DNA from: an uncultured Myxococcales bacterium
GTDB taxonomy: Bacteria; Myxococcota_A; UBA9042; PHBI01; JACKFB01
Direction: 5' to 3'
DNA: 28,860 nucleotides
Assembly: GCA_964577445.1 (NCBI GenBank)
Contig: CAZNZH010000002.1
Location: 1-28,860, forward strand
Below the pieces are notes generated by a model. That model searched no databases. It was given only the letters and a program-made list of their open reading frames with translations, and was not told the origin of the DNA. The position numbers and the translations under genes are program-made. Each line of letters begins with the position of its first letter. Position 1 is the first letter of the stretch. This document shows, in pieces, positions 1-9,961 of this stretch.

Positions 1-2050
1 CCTGGGTCTGCCGGTTCAGCTCCTCCAGCTTCTTCATCGCCTCCTCGACCTTGCCCTCGCGCAGGAGCTTCCGGATCTCCTCCGCCTGGTAGCTTATGGA
101 GCTCATGTTCTTCTGCGTGTCGCTGGGATCCTGCTGCATGTTCTGGTTTTCATAGGGGCTTTTCTCCCCGAGCTTCCCGAGATCCTTCTGCATCGCCGCC
201 AGCTTCTTCATCAACTGGTCGAGCTTCCGCTCCGCGTCCTTCTTCAGCGCGTCGGTCGGCGCGTCCCGCATCTGCTCCAAGAGCTTCATCAGGTCCGCCT
301 GGGCATCCAGCAGATCCCGCCCGCTCTCGAGCAGCCGATCCTTGCGGCCCTGGTCCAGCGCTTCTTTTATCGTCCAGATGGCGTTCTCCAGCTCGGTGGT
401 GCCCTCGTCGTTGAGCGCCACCAGCACCGCGAGCAACTCCACGGGCCGCCGGGTCATGCCCTCGCCCGACCCCGCCTGCCGCAACTGCGCCGCCTCCTGG
501 TCGTAGTGCGTCGTCAGCCGCCCCAAGACCGCCGCCAGCGACTCCTGTAGCCCCTCGGCCGCCAGCACGTCGGTCGCCAAGGCCTCCACCAGCCGCCGAA
601 AGCTCTCGAGCGCCCTGCCGACCACCGCCGACACACCCTGCTGGGCCGCCACATAGCGAGGCACCTCCAGGGTATCCTCGCCGTCGATGGGGCTCTCCAG
701 CCGCTCCGCCAGCCCCGCCAGCAGCTCGTCGATCAGCCGCTCCATGTCGGCCAGCCGCTCCTCGTGCTCGGCCTCGGGGCTGTGCATCGTCAGCCGCCGC
801 ACCCCCGACTTCCCGACCCCCGGCCCGCTGACCGAGTTGCGGTCGGTCGCCTCAAACCACACGTCGACGCCATCGCCCGGCTCGAGCCCCAGCGGCCCGA
901 TCGCCAGCACCTCGTTGCCCCGAGCACTCCGCTCGCCCGCCGCAGCCCGCAAGAGCTTGCGCTCCGGCTCACCGCCATCTCGGCTCACCACCATCTCGAT
1001 GCGGTCGAGCCCGTGGTCGTCGATCCCTTCATAAAGGAAGGACACGTCCTCATCGGGGTGCACCTCGAGGTCGGCCTCCGGCAAGAGCAGCCGGATGTCC
1101 GGCGCGAGGTCGGCCCGCGCCTCGATGCTGCGCCAGCGGCTCTCCCGCGACACCACCCCGTCCGCCCCGGTCAGCAAGAAGCGGTAGCGGTCCGAGCTGC
1201 CCACCCGAAACAGCCCCCGGACGACGCCGCCCTCCTCCAGCTCGACGGGCCACCGGGACTCCGGGTCGCTCTCGAGCTCCATGACCGCCGAGGTCGCGGG
1301 TTTGAGCGCCTTGCCGGAGAAGCTCACCTCCGTGCCCGTCACCGCGCTCACATCGCCGCTGGACCGCGCGACATCCCGCGGCTGGAGATCGAGATACGCC
1401 GGATAGACCAGATGCAGCGCCAGATCGCTGACCGCGACCTCGACGTCCTGCACGCCGGGGTCGGCCGCTTGAGGCGGCGCCGCCACCAGGGCGCGGGCGC
1501 CGTCGGCAAAAAACCCAGGGCTCAGCGCCACCGCGGCCAGCCCGCCGGCGACGACCGCCCCGGCCAGCCGCGCCAGCCGCCGCCGCCGCGCGGTGTCCAC
1601 GAGGCCGTCCGCGGCCCCCGTCTCGAGCCGCCGCGCGGTCTCCGACGCCGTAGCCCGCGCCAGGCTCTCGGAAAACCCGGGCCACGCGTGCACGTCGCCG
1701 GTCCGCAGCGCCTCGCCCGCCTGCACCGACGTGATCAGCCCCGAGTTGAGCCCGCCGACCCGCGCCTCGACCCAGCGGGCCAAGGCCTCGTCGCTGGCCC
1801 GGCCGTCGCGCGGTCGCCGCCACAGCACCACGGCCGCCACGGCGCCGCCGACCAGCCCGGCGCCGATGGGCAACCAGCCCCAACGCCCCGGGCCGGCGCC
1901 CAGCAGCCCCGCCACCAACAGCCCCGCGAGCAGCGCCAGCCCCACGCACGCGACCGCCGCCCACACCGCCTCGCCCGCGCCGAGCCCGTCGAGTCGGCGC
2001 CGCAGCCCGCTCAGGTAGTCGCTGATTCGCTCGATCGGGTCCTGGTTCAC
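1..2050 (-). CDS. DUF4175-like membrane protein (N-terminal TM helices, Ig-like domains, long coiled coil); 3' end runs off the left edge
   Basis: Not in the ORF track. Translated by hand from GTG at 2050 (GAGG RBS just upstream): MNQDPIERISDYLSGLRRRLDG, hydrophobic helices, LARWVEARVGGLNSGLITSV, LHLVYPAYLDLQPR, DLAPDIRLLLPEADLEV, DDHGLDRIEM, VWFEATDRNSVSGPGVGKS, then a Q/E/K-rich helical region (LREGKVEEAMKKLEELNRQTQ). The frame stays open to base 1. Confidence 0.75.
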   Translation of the reverse strand, partial: MNQDPIERISDYLSGLRRRLDGLGAGEAVWAAVACVGLALLAGLLVAGLLGAGPGRWGWLPIGAGLVGGAVAAVVLWRRPRDGRASDEALARWVEARVGGLNSGLITSVQAGEALRTGDVHAWPGFSESLARATASETARRLETGAADGLVDTARRRRLARLAGAVVAGGLAAVALSPGFFADGARALVAAPPQAADPGVQDVEVAVSDLALHLVYPAYLDLQPRDVARSSGDVSAVTGTEVSFSGKALKPATSAVMELESDPESRWPVELEEGGVVRGLFRVGSSDRYRFLLTGADGVVSRESRWRSIEARADLAPDIRLLLPEADLEVHPDEDVSFLYEGIDDHGLDRIEMVVSRDGGEPERKLLRAAAGERSARGNEVLAIGPLGLEPGDGVDVWFEATDRNSVSGPGVGKSGVRRLTMHSPEAEHEERLADMERLIDELLAGLAERLESPIDGEDTLEVPRYVAAQQGVSAVVGRALESFRRLVEALATDVLAAEGLQESLAAVLGRLTTHYDQEAAQLRQAGSGEGMTRRPVELLAVLVALNDEGTTELENAIWTIKEALDQGRKDRLLESGRDLLDAQADLMKLLEQMRDAPTDALKKDAERKLDQLMKKLAAMQKDLGKLGEKSPYENQNMQQDPSDTQKNMSSISYQAEEIRKLLREGKVEEAMKKLEELNRQTQ

Positions 2051-2076
2051 CGCGCCCTCGGGCCTGGGGAGGCGCC

Positions 2077-2105
2077 ATGATCCGAGTGCCGCGCCGCGGG
2101 GTCAA
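2077..2105 (-). promoter_or_regulatory. sigma70/SigA-like promoter for the DUF4175-like gene
   Basis: Minus strand TTGACC-N17-GATCAT, ending 26 nt upstream of the GTG start. Confidence 0.5.
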
Positions 2106-2239
2106 CTGCGGAGGCACCGGCGACATGGTTCTGCGCCGGCCGATGTTGCCGGCCCGGCCCCGCTGTGCTGGGATGTTCATCGCGCTGACGCGGGCCCCAA
2201 CGCCTCAGCGCGAGTTCGGCAGCGCACGCTACGAGCCAG

Positions 2240-2265
2240 TGAATATCGACCCGCGGGCCACGTCA
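2240..2265 (+). promoter_or_regulatory. possible ECF-type (autoregulatory) promoter
   Basis: TGAAT-N16-CGTCA upstream of the sigma gene, resembling the general ECF AAC...CGT pattern. Weak match. Confidence 0.3.
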
Positions 2266-2292
2266 GGTCGCCCATGGTTGGAGAGACACATC

Positions 2293-2880
2293 TTGGGTCA
2301 CGAAGATGATCGCGAGCTCGTCGAACGCATCGTCGCAGGCGACCACAAGGCCTTTCGGGTCCTGGTCGAGCGGTATCAGCGCCGGGTCTACTCCGTCGCG
2401 TTCGGCATCGTCAGAAACCCCGACACCGCGATGGACGTCACCCAGGATGCGTTCGTCAAAGTTTACAAGCACCTGCCGAACTTCAAAGGCGACTCCGCGT
2501 TCTACACGTGGATGTACAGGATCGTCGTGAATCTCTGCATCGACAAAAAGCGCAAGGCCAAGCGGGCCGCGGAGGTCGACTACGACGACGCGATGTCCCA
2601 CGGCGCCCATCGCTTCACCAACGGCCCGACCCTGGCCTCGATCCACATCGACTCACCCCAAAAGGCGCTCCAGCGCCAAGAGCTGCGCGAACACATGAGC
2701 GAGGCGCTCGAGACGCTGAGCGAACCGCACCGCGAGATCCTCGTCCTGCGCGAAGTGGACGGCCTGTCTTACGAGGAGCTGTCCGACGTCCTCGAGATCC
2801 CCAAGGGCACCGTGATGAGCCGGCTCTTCCACGCGCGGAAGAATTTTCAGGCGGCTCTTCAAGGGTATCTGTCGTCATGA
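2293..2880 (+). CDS. ECF RNA polymerase sigma factor (sigma-70 family, RpoE-like), about 195 aa
   Basis: Region 2 (DVTQDAFVKVYKHLPNFKGDSAFYTWMYRIVVNLCIDKKRK) and region 4 (LSEPHREILVLREVDGLSYEELSDVLEIPKGTVMSRLFHARK). TTG at 2293 after GGAGAG is preferred over the ORF-track start at 2077. Confidence 0.93.
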   Translation: MGHEDDRELVERIVAGDHKAFRVLVERYQRRVYSVAFGIVRNPDTAMDVTQDAFVKVYKHLPNFKGDSAFYTWMYRIVVNLCIDKKRKAKRAAEVDYDDAMSHGAHRFTNGPTLASIHIDSPQKALQRQELREHMSEALETLSEPHREILVLREVDGLSYEELSDVLEIPKGTVMSRLFHARKNFQAALQGYLSS

Positions 2881-2933
2881 ACCGTAGCGCACAGCCTGCT
2901 CAAGCTCTGCTATCATCGAGGTGGTCATCATGA
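2877..2933 (+). other. 18-codon mini-ORF bridging sigma and anti-sigma
   Basis: ATG 2877 overlaps the sigma stop (ATGA). Its own TGA (2931-2933) overlaps the anti-sigma ATG at 2930 (ATGA). Peptide MNRSAQPAQALLSSRWSS. Confidence 0.3.
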
Positions 2934-3592
2934 ACTGCCAGGAACTACAGAAGGTCCTGCTCCCCTTCGCCGACGGCGAGCTGGGGGCCGAAGAGACCGC
3001 ACGGGTGCAGGCCGCGCTGGCGGATTGCCCTGACTGCGTCGCCGAGCTCGCCGAGCTCGCCGCGGTGCGATCGCTGGCTCGGGAGGCGTTTGAGGCCGAC
3101 GTGGCCGACGTGGAGCTGGACGGCGTGTTCGACGGCGTCATGGCGCGCCTCGACGCGGAGGGCGCGCTGCGCGGGGTCGGGGCGACCGCAGCGACGCAGA
3201 GCGCTGGGCAGACGGGCGCCTTCGAGCGCTTGTCTGGGTGGATGGGCGAGTTTTTCCGGTTCGAGCGACCCGTAGCGGCCTTCGTGATGGCCGCCGCCGT
3301 GGCCGCGCTCGTCGCGAGCGCCATGTTCTCCCAAGGCGACGGGCCCTCGGTGGTCCCGGGTGGCGCGCCACAGGTCGCGGGCGGGCAGCCGGCGACGACG
3401 ACGACGACGACCCACCCGCGCCGCGACATGGAGATCGAGGTGGTCGCTGGCCGAAACGCCGCGTCGGTGGAAGACTTCGAGGCCGCGGACGGCAAGGTGG
3501 TCATCGACCATCAGAACGACCCGGACACGCCGATGGTCGTGTGGCACATCGTGGACGAGGGTGCTACGACCACCCCTGAGAAGGGCCTGTAG
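2930..3592 (+). CDS. Transmembrane anti-sigma factor (zf-HC2/ZAS-like N-terminus), about 220 aa
   Basis: MNCQELQKVLLPFADGEL...ALADCPDC; one TM (VAAFVMAAAVAALVASAMF); GAGGTGG RBS; lies directly after the ECF sigma. Confidence 0.85.
   Translation: MNCQELQKVLLPFADGELGAEETARVQAALADCPDCVAELAELAAVRSLAREAFEADVADVELDGVFDGVMARLDAEGALRGVGATAATQSAGQTGAFERLSGWMGEFFRFERPVAAFVMAAAVAALVASAMFSQGDGPSVVPGGAPQVAGGQPATTTTTTHPRRDMEIEVVAGRNAASVEDFEAADGKVVIDHQNDPDTPMVVWHIVDEGATTTPEKGL
3394..3411 (+). repeat. (GAC)6 trinucleotide run encoding a poly-Thr linker
   Basis: gacgacgacgacgacgac, within PATTTTTTH of the anti-sigma. Confidence 0.8.
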
Positions 3593-3611
3593 GCCACCGG
3601 AGGAGCTGAAC

Positions 3612-4079
3612 ATGGGCATCACGCGTCGGACGTTCGTGCTAGGGGCAGCGCTGATCATCGGCGGGCTCGGCGTCTCTGTCGGCACGCCCGCGCGCGCTGG
3701 CGGCGGCGGCACGGCGACCTTCGACGTGACCGTGATTCAGGCCAGCAAGTCCGAGGGGGCTTCGGACCCGGCGCTCGGCAAGCTTCAGGCGTACCTGCAG
3801 AAGTCGTTTGCGGGCTACAAGAGCTTCAAGCGCCTGGACTCGCGCGCGCTGGCCGTCGCCCAGGACGCGACGGGCAAGATGCCGCTGCCCGGCGGCAAAG
3901 AGCTGGAGCTCAGCTACCTCGGCACCTCGAAGGGGTTCGTGCGCGTTCACCTGACCGTCGATGGGCTGAAGACCACGGTCAACGTCAAGGACGGTGGGCT
4001 CTTCTTTCAGGCGGGCCGCGTGCTGGAAGGCGGCATCATGGTGCTGGCCATCGGAGCCCAGAGCGGCGCCGCCGACTGA
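3612..4079 (+). CDS. Exported hypothetical protein, third gene of the ECF operon, 155 aa, Tat-like signal
   Basis: GGAGGAG RBS. MGITRRTFVLGAALIIGGLGVSVGTPARA has a twin-Arg motif and an ARA cleavage site. Beta-rich mature domain. Confidence 0.8.
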   Translation: MGITRRTFVLGAALIIGGLGVSVGTPARAGGGGTATFDVTVIQASKSEGASDPALGKLQAYLQKSFAGYKSFKRLDSRALAVAQDATGKMPLPGGKELELSYLGTSKGFVRVHLTVDGLKTTVNVKDGGLFFQAGRVLEGGIMVLAIGAQSGAAD

Positions 4080-4156
4080 GCGCCGCGCGTGCCCGAACCG
4101 CTTGATCGCGCCGTTGAAATATGGCGCAACGGCTCGCGACCGACCGGTGGGATCCG

Positions 4157-4185
4157 TTGACAGAGCTTGGGGCTGCGTCTAAGGT
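4157..4185 (+). promoter_or_regulatory. sigma70/SigA promoter for the TPR-PEGA/FGE operon
   Basis: TTGACA-N17-TAAGGT, 33 nt before ATG 4219. Confidence 0.65.
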
Positions 4186-4218
4186 CCGGGCTCGTCCCCA
4201 CCCTCGCGGGAGCCGTTC

Positions 4219-5361
4219 ATGCCGACCGTCCTCCGCCTCGTTGCCGTAGCCGCTCTCTTCGCGGTGGCCGTGGCGCACCCAGCGCCCGTCCACGCGGCCG
4301 AGCCCACCGAAGAGGCCAAGCGCCAGGCCGCCGACTTCTACATGGAGGCCCAGCGCCTCTTCGATGCCGAGCTCTACTCAGCGGCCATCGAGAACTTCAA
4401 GAAGTCGCAGGAGCTCTACCCGGCCTCGGCGACCCTCTACAACATCGCGAAGTCCTACGAGCGCTTGGCCGACTCGCAGAACTGCGTGGAGTACTACCAG
4501 GCCTACCTCGACGCCTTCACGGCCGAGAACGGCACCCCGGCGCCGGACTCGGTCGACGTGCGCAACAGCATCACCAAGTGCCGCTTGGGTGCCAAGGTCG
4601 AGGTGCGCATCGACTCGAAGCCGCCGGGCGCGCAGATCCGCATCGACGACGCGTCGAAGCTGCTGGGCCAGACGCCGTACTCGACGCGGATGGACGCGGG
4701 GACCTACACGTTCTACCTGGATCTGACTGGGTTTTCGCCCATCAAGCGCGAGGTCGTCGTGCGCCCCGGCGAGCCCCTTCAGCTCGTGTTTGAGATGGAG
4801 AAGTTCCGGCGCGTGGGCACGGTCCACATCGGCTCGAACATCCGCGGCGCGACGATCTTCATCGACGGCCGCAACATCGGCCTGACGCCCTACGGCGAGG
4901 AGATCCAGCTCGAGGAGGGGCTCCACCAGATCACGATGAGCAAAGAGGACTACAACACCTACTCGACCGAGATCTCCGTGGTCGCGAACGAGGCCTACAA
5001 GGTGCGCGGCAGCCTGTTTTTGCGCGAGCGCCAGAAGACGGCCAAGGGCCCGCTGGGCTGGACCTCGCTGGCGCTGGGCGCGGCGATGACGGTGGGCGGC
5101 GTGCTGTCGGCCAAGCAGGCGGACACCAAGTTCGCCGGCACCAAGGAGTTCGACGACTGGGCCTTCCGCGAGAAGCTCGGCTATGGCCTCGGCGGCGGTC
5201 TCGGCGCGCTGGGGTTGGCGCTCATCATCTGGGAGTACGCCGGCGGCAAGAAAGTCAAACCGAAGGACAAGCTGTCGGGCGGCGGGCCGCAGCCGGTGTT
5301 TACCCCCTTGGTCGGCGCGAATCCGAACGGCGGATTTGCTGGCGCTCGCGTGGATTTTTAG
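4219..5361 (+). CDS. TPR + PEGA domain exported protein, 380 aa
   Basis: Signal peptide; TPR-like helices (AAIENFKKSQELYPASATLYNIAKSYERL); two PEGA repeats (IDSKPPGAQIRIDD, IGSNIRGATIFIDGRNIGLTP); Gly-rich hydrophobic helices; terminal strand ending in Phe. Confidence 0.85.
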   Translation: MPTVLRLVAVAALFAVAVAHPAPVHAAEPTEEAKRQAADFYMEAQRLFDAELYSAAIENFKKSQELYPASATLYNIAKSYERLADSQNCVEYYQAYLDAFTAENGTPAPDSVDVRNSITKCRLGAKVEVRIDSKPPGAQIRIDDASKLLGQTPYSTRMDAGTYTFYLDLTGFSPIKREVVVRPGEPLQLVFEMEKFRRVGTVHIGSNIRGATIFIDGRNIGLTPYGEEIQLEEGLHQITMSKEDYNTYSTEISVVANEAYKVRGSLFLRERQKTAKGPLGWTSLALGAAMTVGGVLSAKQADTKFAGTKEFDDWAFREKLGYGLGGGLGALGLALIIWEYAGGKKVKPKDKLSGGGPQPVFTPLVGANPNGGFAGARVDF

Positions 5362-5378
5362 CCGTGAAGGGTGATGCG

Positions 5379-6476
5379 ATGCGACGCCTGATTCTAAACG
5401 CGATGGTGGCCTGTGGCGCTTCGGCCGCGGCGTTGGGTGGCTGTGCTGAGGGCATGGTCCCGCCGCTGCCGACCGAGATGGTCGAGATCAAGAGCGGCCT
5501 GACCTACATGTTCGGCCAGTCGGGGCCCTGCGTCCTCGAAGGCAAGGTCGACCCCTGCGAGACCGCCGGGCGGGTGCCGACGATCTACCCGCAGGTGCAG
5601 GTGACGCTGGCGGCCTTCGCCATCGACAAGCACGAGGTCACCAACCTCCAGTACGAGTACTGCGTGGCGGCCGGGAAATGCAGCAGCCCGCCCTTCGACA
5701 ACGCGGTGGCGACCGAGCAGCAGGACTACTACGGCCGCGGGCGCTTCGAGCAGTTCCCGGTGGTCAACGTCACCTGGCAGCAGGCCAAGGATTACTGCGA
5801 GTTCGTGGGCAGGCGGCTGCCGACCGAGTTCGAGTGGGAGCGCGTCGCCAAGGGCAACCCCGACGAGGGCAAAAACCGCATCTACCCCGCCGAGGGCGTC
5901 AACGTGCTCTCGGACTGCCGCAGCAGCGACTTCACCTCCAGCGCGTGCCGAAACGACCAGCTCATGGACCGCACCGACCAGCCGGGAAAAGACATCGTCA
6001 TGGAGGGCGGCCAGGGCATCAACCACATGTTCGGCAACGCCTCGGAGTGGGTGGACACGCAGTACGCGCCGAAGGTGACGACGTGCAAGGAGAAGCTGCC
6101 GCCACCCTGCATCCAGCGAGCGGAGTGCGACACCAAGCCCGCCGATGAGCAGGCTCAGTGCAAGCAGGACAGTAAGTTCTGCGAGGCTTGCGTGCAGGAT
6201 CCCAGCGGCAACGGCACGCTGCCCTGCTTCTACATCTGCGAGGGCACGGCCCAGAGCACCCCCTTCTGCGTCGAGTACCCGCCGGGCGTCTCGGTGTCCC
6301 TGGAGTCCCTGACCGCGACGCTCGCCGACGGCCCGCTCGGACCGATGATCCGCGGCGGCAACGTGCAGATCAACGCCGAGAACGGCTGCCAGTTCCGCAG
6401 CGACTACCGCCTGAACTACGCGAACACCGACGACACCAAGTTCAACGTGGGCTTTCGCTGCGCCAAGACGCTCTAG
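5379..6476 (+). CDS. FGE-sulfatase (SUMF1-fold) domain lipoprotein with Cys-rich insert, about 365 aa
   Basis: Lipobox LGGC. Motifs FAIDKHEVTNLQY, FPVVNVTWQQAKDYCEFVGRRLPTEFEWERVAKG, MFGNASEWV, IRGG and C-terminal VGFRC. Confidence 0.85.
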   Translation: MRRLILNAMVACGASAAALGGCAEGMVPPLPTEMVEIKSGLTYMFGQSGPCVLEGKVDPCETAGRVPTIYPQVQVTLAAFAIDKHEVTNLQYEYCVAAGKCSSPPFDNAVATEQQDYYGRGRFEQFPVVNVTWQQAKDYCEFVGRRLPTEFEWERVAKGNPDEGKNRIYPAEGVNVLSDCRSSDFTSSACRNDQLMDRTDQPGKDIVMEGGQGINHMFGNASEWVDTQYAPKVTTCKEKLPPPCIQRAECDTKPADEQAQCKQDSKFCEACVQDPSGNGTLPCFYICEGTAQSTPFCVEYPPGVSVSLESLTATLADGPLGPMIRGGNVQINAENGCQFRSDYRLNYANTDDTKFNVGFRCAKTL

Positions 6477-6493
6477 CAAGCCGCCGAGCGCGG

Positions 6494-6517
6494 GCGCTCT
6501 TCAGACGCTGAGGGCGC
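6494..6517. terminator. Imperfect hairpin between convergent genes, possible terminator
   Basis: gcgctcttcag-acg-ctgagggcgc in the 54-bp gap. No U-tract. Confidence 0.3.
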
Positions 6518-6530
6518 TCATCGGACGCCG

Positions 6531-8528
<1,998 letters not shown>

Positions 8529-8646
8529 GGGCTGGGTGAGCTCCGCGGGTCGAGCGGCTGGCGCGAGCGGGGGCGAGACGCCGCGCGCCGGTGTGGGACG
8601 GCCGAGCGGAGGCTTCGATCTCGCGAGGGGCCAACGCCGGGGATTG

Positions 8647-8675
8647 TTGATCCATCGGGGCCGTGTGCATAGCCT
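8647..8675 (+). promoter_or_regulatory. sigma70-like promoter giving a probably leaderless transcript
   Basis: TTGATC-N17-TAGCCT. The -10 box ends 8 nt before ATG 8684, and no RBS is visible. Confidence 0.45.
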
Positions 8676-8683
8676 GACGCACA

Positions 8684-9961
8684 ATGGGGTGCTTCACCAG
8701 GATCTGGGCCGGGCTGGCGCTGCTGGGCGTGGCCGTGGGCGGCTGCGGTGGCGGCGGCGACGCGGCGTGCACCGACGCGAGCTGCGGCCTCACCGAGGTG
8801 TGCCGCGCCGGCCAGTGCGAGCCGGTCCAATCGCCTCAGGCCAGCGGGGATCTGGGGCGCTTCACGCGCGTCGCGCTGCGAGCGGACGGGCGCCTCGTGA
8901 TCGCGACCTACGACACGAGCTACACCAACCTCGTGCTGCGCACCGAAGAGAGCGACGGCGCGTTCACCGATCGCATCGTCGCCGGCTGGCGAATCGAAGA
9001 CCACCACCCCGTGGACGCCGACGCGGGGCGGTGGCCCTCGGTCGCCGTGGCCGCGGACGGCGCCGTCCACTTGACCTGGTACGACGGGTACGCGCACGCG
9101 CTGATGTGGGCGCGCTACCCCGCGACGGGCGAGCCGCTGGTGGAGCTGGTCGACGGGGGCGGTGACTTCGACCGCGGCACGCACTCGAGCTTGGCGCTCG
9201 GCGAGGACGGCCGCGTCCACGTCGCCTACCGCGACCAAGGGCGCAAGCGCCTGCGGTACGCCGAGCGCGCGCCCGGCGGCGGCTGGGAGAGCCGCGACAT
9301 CGACGGCTGCCCGCGACCCGACGGGTGCGGCGACGTGGAGACGAACCGGGGCGAGTGGGCCGCGCTGGGCTTGGTGGCTGGCGAGCCGCGCGTCGCCTTC
9401 TACGATCGAGCGCGCGGGGACCTCGACCTCGCGGTGCGGGACACCGCCGGCGCGTGGCGGGTCAGCGTCCTCGACGGGTGGGACCCCATCACGGGCATGG
9501 ACACCGGCGACGTCGGGCGATTCGCGAGCCTGGCGCTGGACCCGAAGCGGCGCGTCGGCGTCGCCTACTACGACGCGACGCGCGGCCAGCTCCGCTATCT
9601 GGCGCCGACGGGGGCCAGCAGCGGGCCCCTGCGCGTGGACGACGGGGTCTACGCGGACGCGGCGACCGGCAGCATGCGGCACAACCCCGTCGGCCAGCAT
9701 GTGGCGCTGCGCTATGACCCGCAGGGCGTCGCGCACATGGTCTACCTCGACGCGGGGCGCCTGGTTATCCGCCACGCCACCGTGAGCGGCGTGGCTGTCA
9801 CCGGTGTCGCGGACCTCGCCGGGTTGGCGCCAGGGGGCCACCTGGACTTCCAGATCGCGCCCGACGGCCGGATTCGCGGGGCGTACGGCGCGTGGCGCGG
9901 CGACGGGAGCTTGAGGACCCGGCTGGCGGTCTTCGACGTGCCCGCGGCGGGGTCGCCGTGA
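8684..9961 (+). CDS. Lipoprotein with small Cys-rich domain and 7-bladed beta-propeller, 425 aa
   Basis: Lipobox VGGC; CTDASCGLTEVCRAGQC; seven repeats of the type G-x(3)-SLAL-x(3)-G-x(2)-HVAY-x-D (for example GTHSSLALGEDGRVHVAYRD and GRFASLALDPKRRVGVAYYD). Confidence 0.75.
   Translation: MGCFTRIWAGLALLGVAVGGCGGGGDAACTDASCGLTEVCRAGQCEPVQSPQASGDLGRFTRVALRADGRLVIATYDTSYTNLVLRTEESDGAFTDRIVAGWRIEDHHPVDADAGRWPSVAVAADGAVHLTWYDGYAHALMWARYPATGEPLVELVDGGGDFDRGTHSSLALGEDGRVHVAYRDQGRKRLRYAERAPGGGWESRDIDGCPRPDGCGDVETNRGEWAALGLVAGEPRVAFYDRARGDLDLAVRDTAGAWRVSVLDGWDPITGMDTGDVGRFASLALDPKRRVGVAYYDATRGQLRYLAPTGASSGPLRVDDGVYADAATGSMRHNPVGQHVALRYDPQGVAHMVYLDAGRLVIRHATVSGVAVTGVADLAGLAPGGHLDFQIAPDGRIRGAYGAWRGDGSLRTRLAVFDVPAAGSP

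Noticed and set aside
2908-2916. Extended -10 (TGCTATCAT) before the anti-sigma gene
   Set aside because: No convincing -35, and the implied TSS would cut into the RBS. Kept only as a weak possibility.
3394-3411. (GAC)6 as a phase-variation tract
   Set aside because: A trinucleotide unit keeps the frame and only changes linker length.
5379-6476. Diversity-generating retroelement target, or GldK/GldJ of a type IX secretion system
   Set aside because: No reverse transcriptase, no template/variable repeat pair and no other gld/spr genes in the window.
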